Positions 60,503 to 64,000 of a DNA stretch of 64,000 nt are shown here, piece after piece. The DNA is from Soonwooa sp. GTDB taxonomy: Bacteria > Bacteroidota > Bacteroidia > Flavobacteriales > Weeksellaceae. Under the pieces are notes generated by a model. It did not search any database and was not told the DNA's origin. It saw nothing but the letters and a program-made list of their open reading frames with translations. Both the position numbers and the translations under genes were made by a program. The stretch spans positions 19,945-83,944 of the forward strand of contig NZ_JASLDS010000045.1 of the NCBI RefSeq assembly GCF_030151385.1, written 5' to 3'. Each line of letters opens with the position of its first letter. Position 1 is the stretch's first letter.

Positions 60503-61216
60503 TTAGATAACCACATGTCCAAGTTTTATAAGTTTCTCGTGATTGATGATTTTGATGTTCCTGCCTTCGACAAGGATCAACTCATCTTGTTTGAATTCTG
60601 ATATTAATCGGATTGCACTTTCTGTTGCTGTTCCGATAAGGTTGGCGATTTCTTCTCTTGTTAAAGAAATATTGATAAATCCTTCTGGATCTGTACCAAG
60701 CTTTTGTTCTAATAAAATTAAAATCTCAGCCAATCTTTCTCTAACAGTTTTTTGTGCCAAAAAGGTAACCGTGTTAGACGACTCTCCCAACTCGTATGCA
60801 ATTTTTTGCAACATCGCGTAGGACAATTTCGCATCAACTTCTAATAAATGAATAAAGAAATCCGCTGGTAAAAAAACAACCTTAAGAGGTGTCATAGCTT
60901 CGGCTTTTGCTTGGAAATTCTCTCCACACAATAACGAGCGATAACCAATAAGATCGCCTTCTTTACAAAATCTAAGGATTTGATCTTTACCGTAAACGCC
61001 CGATTTCGAAAGCTTTGCTGTTCCTTCTTTGATAAAATAAACACCTTGCGGAGATTCTCCATCTTCAAAAACGGTATCGCCTTTTGCGAACTCCATATCT
61101 TGAAGCTCTGCAACCAACTTCGTATAATCCTCCGGACTCAAACTGTTTTTAAAAGACTCCCTGTTAAAGGCTTTAATAAAATTCTGTTCAATAACTTGCT
61201 GTAGTTCAAGTGACAT
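60503..61216 (-). CDS. Crp/Fnr-family transcriptional regulator
   Basis: cNMP-binding-like domain and HTH TREEIANLIGTATESAIR; start 61216 or 61228. Confidence 0.92.
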   Translation of the reverse strand: MSLELQQVIEQNFIKAFNRESFKNSLSPEDYTKLVAELQDMEFAKGDTVFEDGESPQGVYFIKEGTAKLSKSGVYGKDQILRFCKEGDLIGYRSLLCGENFQAKAEAMTPLKVVFLPADFFIHLLEVDAKLSYAMLQKIAYELGESSNTVTFLAQKTVRERLAEILILLEQKLGTDPEGFINISLTREEIANLIGTATESAIRLISEFKQDELILVEGRNIKIINHEKLIKLGHVVI

Positions 61217-61222
61217 ATGTAA

Positions 61223-61234
61223 TGACATTTATCA
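61223..61234. promoter_or_regulatory. Putative Fnr-type box
   Basis: TGACATTTATCA (TGA-N6-TCA) between the divergent regulator and ccoI. Confidence 0.55.
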
Positions 61235-61308
61235 GCAAAAATAAGACTTTCTACTCCCAAAAGCAAAGTTTTTTGACGTAATTTTGTAAGCTAAACCCAA
61301 CAAGCCAC

Positions 61309-63687
61309 ATGTCAGAAAAGTGTTTCCATTGCGGTCAGCCTATTGAAAATGAGCGCATTGAATTTGATGAAAAAGTCTTCTGTTGCAATGGTTGTCAGTC
61401 CGTTTACGAAATCCTAAACCTACATAATCTTGGTAACTTTTATGAATTTAATAAGAGTTCGGGGATACGACCAAATAGCGATGACCAGACGCAGTTTGAC
61501 TATTTAGATGCTGAGGATATCTTTAACAAAGTGGTAGATTTCCATGAAGGAGGAACGACATTGGTTACATTCAAAATTCCAGTTATACATTGTACATCTT
61601 GTATTTGGTTATTGGAAAGCCTACATACCATCAATCCAAAAATTAAATATTCGCAAGTTAACTTCACTAGAAAAACGGTGCAAATCGCCTACAAAAGTGA
61701 AGAACTGCAACTTAGTGAACTTGCTAAATTCTTAACGAATCTTGGTTACAAGCCAGTTATCAACCTCGAAACGGCTGACAAAAAGAAAGAAAAACTTGAC
61801 AAAAGCCTTTTAATAAAATTGGCAATTGCGGGATTCGCTTTCGGAAACAGTATGTTTTTAAGCTTCCCAGAATACATTGGTGGTAACGACGTCTGGATGG
61901 AAAACTACAAATACCTATTCCGAATCACGTTGTTGATTTTGGCAACACCTGTCGTTTTATATTCTGCACAAGATTATTACAAATCTGCTTGGTATGGCTT
62001 AAAAAACAAAATCATCAACATTGATGTTCCGATTGTTATTGGGATTTTCATGTTGTATGGTCGCTCGATTTACGAAATTGCAACCGATTATGGTGGTGGA
62101 TATTTCGACACACTTTGTGGACTTTTATTCTTTATGCTTTTGGGCAAAACGTTCCAAAAAAGAACCTACAACAGCTTATCGTACGACCGCGATTACAAAT
62201 CATTCTACCCAATTGCAGTTACCAAAATTGACTTTAACGGAAAGCAAGAAAACATTCTACTTTCTGACCTGAAAGTTGGTGACAGAATTATGGTTAGAAA
62301 CCAAGAAATAATCCCTGTCGATTCCATTTTGATAAAAGGTGAAGCCAATATCGATAACAGTTTCATCACTGGAGAAGCGGCTTTGGTACCAAAAAAAGCG
62401 GGTGACAAAATCTTTGCTGGCGGTAAACAAAGCGGACCAATATTAGAATTGGAAGTTATTAAAAACGTTGACCAAAGCTACCTTACGCAACTTTGGAACA
62501 AAGAAGCTTTCAAAAAAACAGAAACAGGACTCGATACGATTACCAATAAAATCAGTAAGTATTTTACAATTGTTATTTTGACGATTACTGCGATTGCTGC
62601 CATTTATTGGTCACAAGAGAATTTTGAAAAAATGTTCCAAGTGGTTGCTGCGATTTTAATTATTGCTTGTCCTTGTGCATTGGCACTTTCGGCGCCGTTT
62701 ACTTTTGGGCATGTTATGCGAATTTTGGGTAGAAATAAATTCTATGTTAAAGACACTCTGACTATTGAAAAACTTTCGAAAATAGACAGTTTGGTTTTTG
62801 ACAAAACAGGAACCATCACCGAAAGTAAAAAATCGAATATCAATTACTTAGGTCAAAACATTTCGGAATTCGATTTAAAAAACATTAAGACTTTACTTAA
62901 AAATTCTAATCATCCGCTTTCCAAATCTTTGTATGATTTTATTGAAATTGAAGACGAGTATCTTCCAATCGAAAACTTTGTTGAAATCTCTGGAAAAGGT
63001 TACTCCGCAATTGTTAGAGGAAAGCTTTACAAAATAGGCTCCGCAAGCTTTACAGGACAGAAATCCGAAAATCTTGAAACCGCAGTTTTCATACAGGCCG
63101 GTGACGAATTCTTAGGAAAATACATCTTCAAAAACGAGTACCGAAAGGATTTAGAAACATTATTCAAACATCTTAAAAACTACGACATCAGCATTTTGAG
63201 TGGCGACAATTCTTCAGAGGAAACACAGCTAAAAGCAATGATTCCGAATGTTAAAGAAATGCGCTTCAACCAAAGTCCAGAAGACAAACTAGAATACATC
63301 CAAGAATTGCAAAATCAGCAACATAAAGTTGCTATGCTTGGAGATGGCTTAAATGACGCTGGTGCTTTGAAGCAAAGTAATGTTGGTATTGCGATTTCTG
63401 ACGACACCAATGCCTTTACACCATCATCAGACGTAATTATGGATGGTAGCAAAATCCCCGAACTTGATAAATATCTTAAATTTTCGAAAGACGCAATTGG
63501 CATCGTAAAATTGACATTTGCTGTAAGCTTATTCTACAATGTTATTGGGGTTACGTTTGCGGTTATGGGCGAGGTTTCACCGTTGTTTGCTGCGATTATT
63601 ATGCCAGTCAGTTCAATCAGTGTTGTTGCCTTTACAACCTTGTCAACGTGGTATCGTAGTACGAAGTATTTCAAGTTGTTAAAATAA
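61309..63687 (+). CDS. ccoI: Cu-type P1B ATPase for cbb3 oxidase assembly (FixI/CcoI)
   Basis: CFHC/CCNGC, HCTSC, TGE, CPC, DKTGT, GDGLND; precedes ccoS. Confidence 0.9.
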   Translation: MSEKCFHCGQPIENERIEFDEKVFCCNGCQSVYEILNLHNLGNFYEFNKSSGIRPNSDDQTQFDYLDAEDIFNKVVDFHEGGTTLVTFKIPVIHCTSCIWLLESLHTINPKIKYSQVNFTRKTVQIAYKSEELQLSELAKFLTNLGYKPVINLETADKKKEKLDKSLLIKLAIAGFAFGNSMFLSFPEYIGGNDVWMENYKYLFRITLLILATPVVLYSAQDYYKSAWYGLKNKIINIDVPIVIGIFMLYGRSIYEIATDYGGGYFDTLCGLLFFMLLGKTFQKRTYNSLSYDRDYKSFYPIAVTKIDFNGKQENILLSDLKVGDRIMVRNQEIIPVDSILIKGEANIDNSFITGEAALVPKKAGDKIFAGGKQSGPILELEVIKNVDQSYLTQLWNKEAFKKTETGLDTITNKISKYFTIVILTITAIAAIYWSQENFEKMFQVVAAILIIACPCALALSAPFTFGHVMRILGRNKFYVKDTLTIEKLSKIDSLVFDKTGTITESKKSNINYLGQNISEFDLKNIKTLLKNSNHPLSKSLYDFIEIEDEYLPIENFVEISGKGYSAIVRGKLYKIGSASFTGQKSENLETAVFIQAGDEFLGKYIFKNEYRKDLETLFKHLKNYDISILSGDNSSEETQLKAMIPNVKEMRFNQSPEDKLEYIQELQNQQHKVAMLGDGLNDAGALKQSNVGIAISDDTNAFTPSSDVIMDGSKIPELDKYLKFSKDAIGIVKLTFAVSLFYNVIGVTFAVMGEVSPLFAAIIMPVSSISVVAFTTLSTWYRSTKYFKLLK

Positions 63688-63734
63688 AAAAACCTATTTA
63701 GATAAATTATAAATTAATTAATTTAAATTCATTC

Positions 63735-63746
63735 TGACTAAAGTCA
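63735..63746 (+). promoter_or_regulatory. Putative Fnr-type box upstream of ccoS-ccoN
   Basis: TGACTAAAGTCA palindrome just upstream of TAAATTTG elements. Confidence 0.6.
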
Positions 63747-63797
63747 TTAATTTTAACTAAATTTGGGAACTTTAATTAGCGTAAATTTGTCTCAGTT

Positions 63798-63989
63798 ATG
63801 GAGATTCTCTATTTAATGATCATATGCAGCGTGTCTTTAGCTGTGGTTTTCTTAATAATTTTTATTATTGGAGCTAAAAAAGGGCACTTCGAGGACGATG
63901 AAAGTCCGGCTGTACGTATCCTAATGGATGATGAAATAAGGGAAGAGAAAACTGACAATAAAAAAGAAAAAGATAATAGTGATTTGTAG
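63798..63989 (+). CDS. ccoS: cbb3-type cytochrome oxidase assembly protein
   Basis: Hydrophobic N-terminus, KKGHFEDDESPAVRILMDD. Confidence 0.92.
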   Translation: MEILYLMIICSVSLAVVFLIIFIIGAKKGHFEDDESPAVRILMDDEIREEKTDNKKEKDNSDL

Positions 63990-63991
63990 AT

Positions 63992-64000
63992 ATGGAAACA
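63992..64000 (+). CDS. Start of next gene, probably ccoN (3 codons only)
   Basis: ATG GAA ACA 2 nt after ccoS; identity from synteny only. Confidence 0.4.

Overview
AT-rich chromosomal segment from a Bacteroidota (Flavobacteriales, Chryseobacterium/Weeksellaceae-like) bacterium, inferred from gene order and TAnnTTTG promoters. It runs through envelope housekeeping genes (rfbD, two skp, bamA, uppS, porG-like, wzc-wza-wecA-like-GT2) and a TPP-riboswitch-controlled TonB receptor. Two aconitases (acnB, acnA) are separated by a ~9 kb, oppositely oriented, 12-gene uncharacterised membrane cluster centred on an SPFH-SHOCT gene. Downstream are an ECF sigma/Hsp20 module, two LytS/LytTR systems, a frameshifted poxB, a small AT-rich island with an interrupted gene, rluA-family and panB genes, and the start of an Fnr-ccoI-ccoS-ccoN locus. 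The two most notable observations are (1) the SPFH/zinc-ribbon/2-TM-paralogue cluster, which has its own operator-like repeats, and (2) several intergenic palindromic repeat families, two of which carry the same 22-23 nt double-hairpin insert with compensatory substitutions and matching empty sites. Family names come from motif recognition by eye, not from database searches. No tRNA, rRNA, CRISPR array, integrase or transposase was seen.
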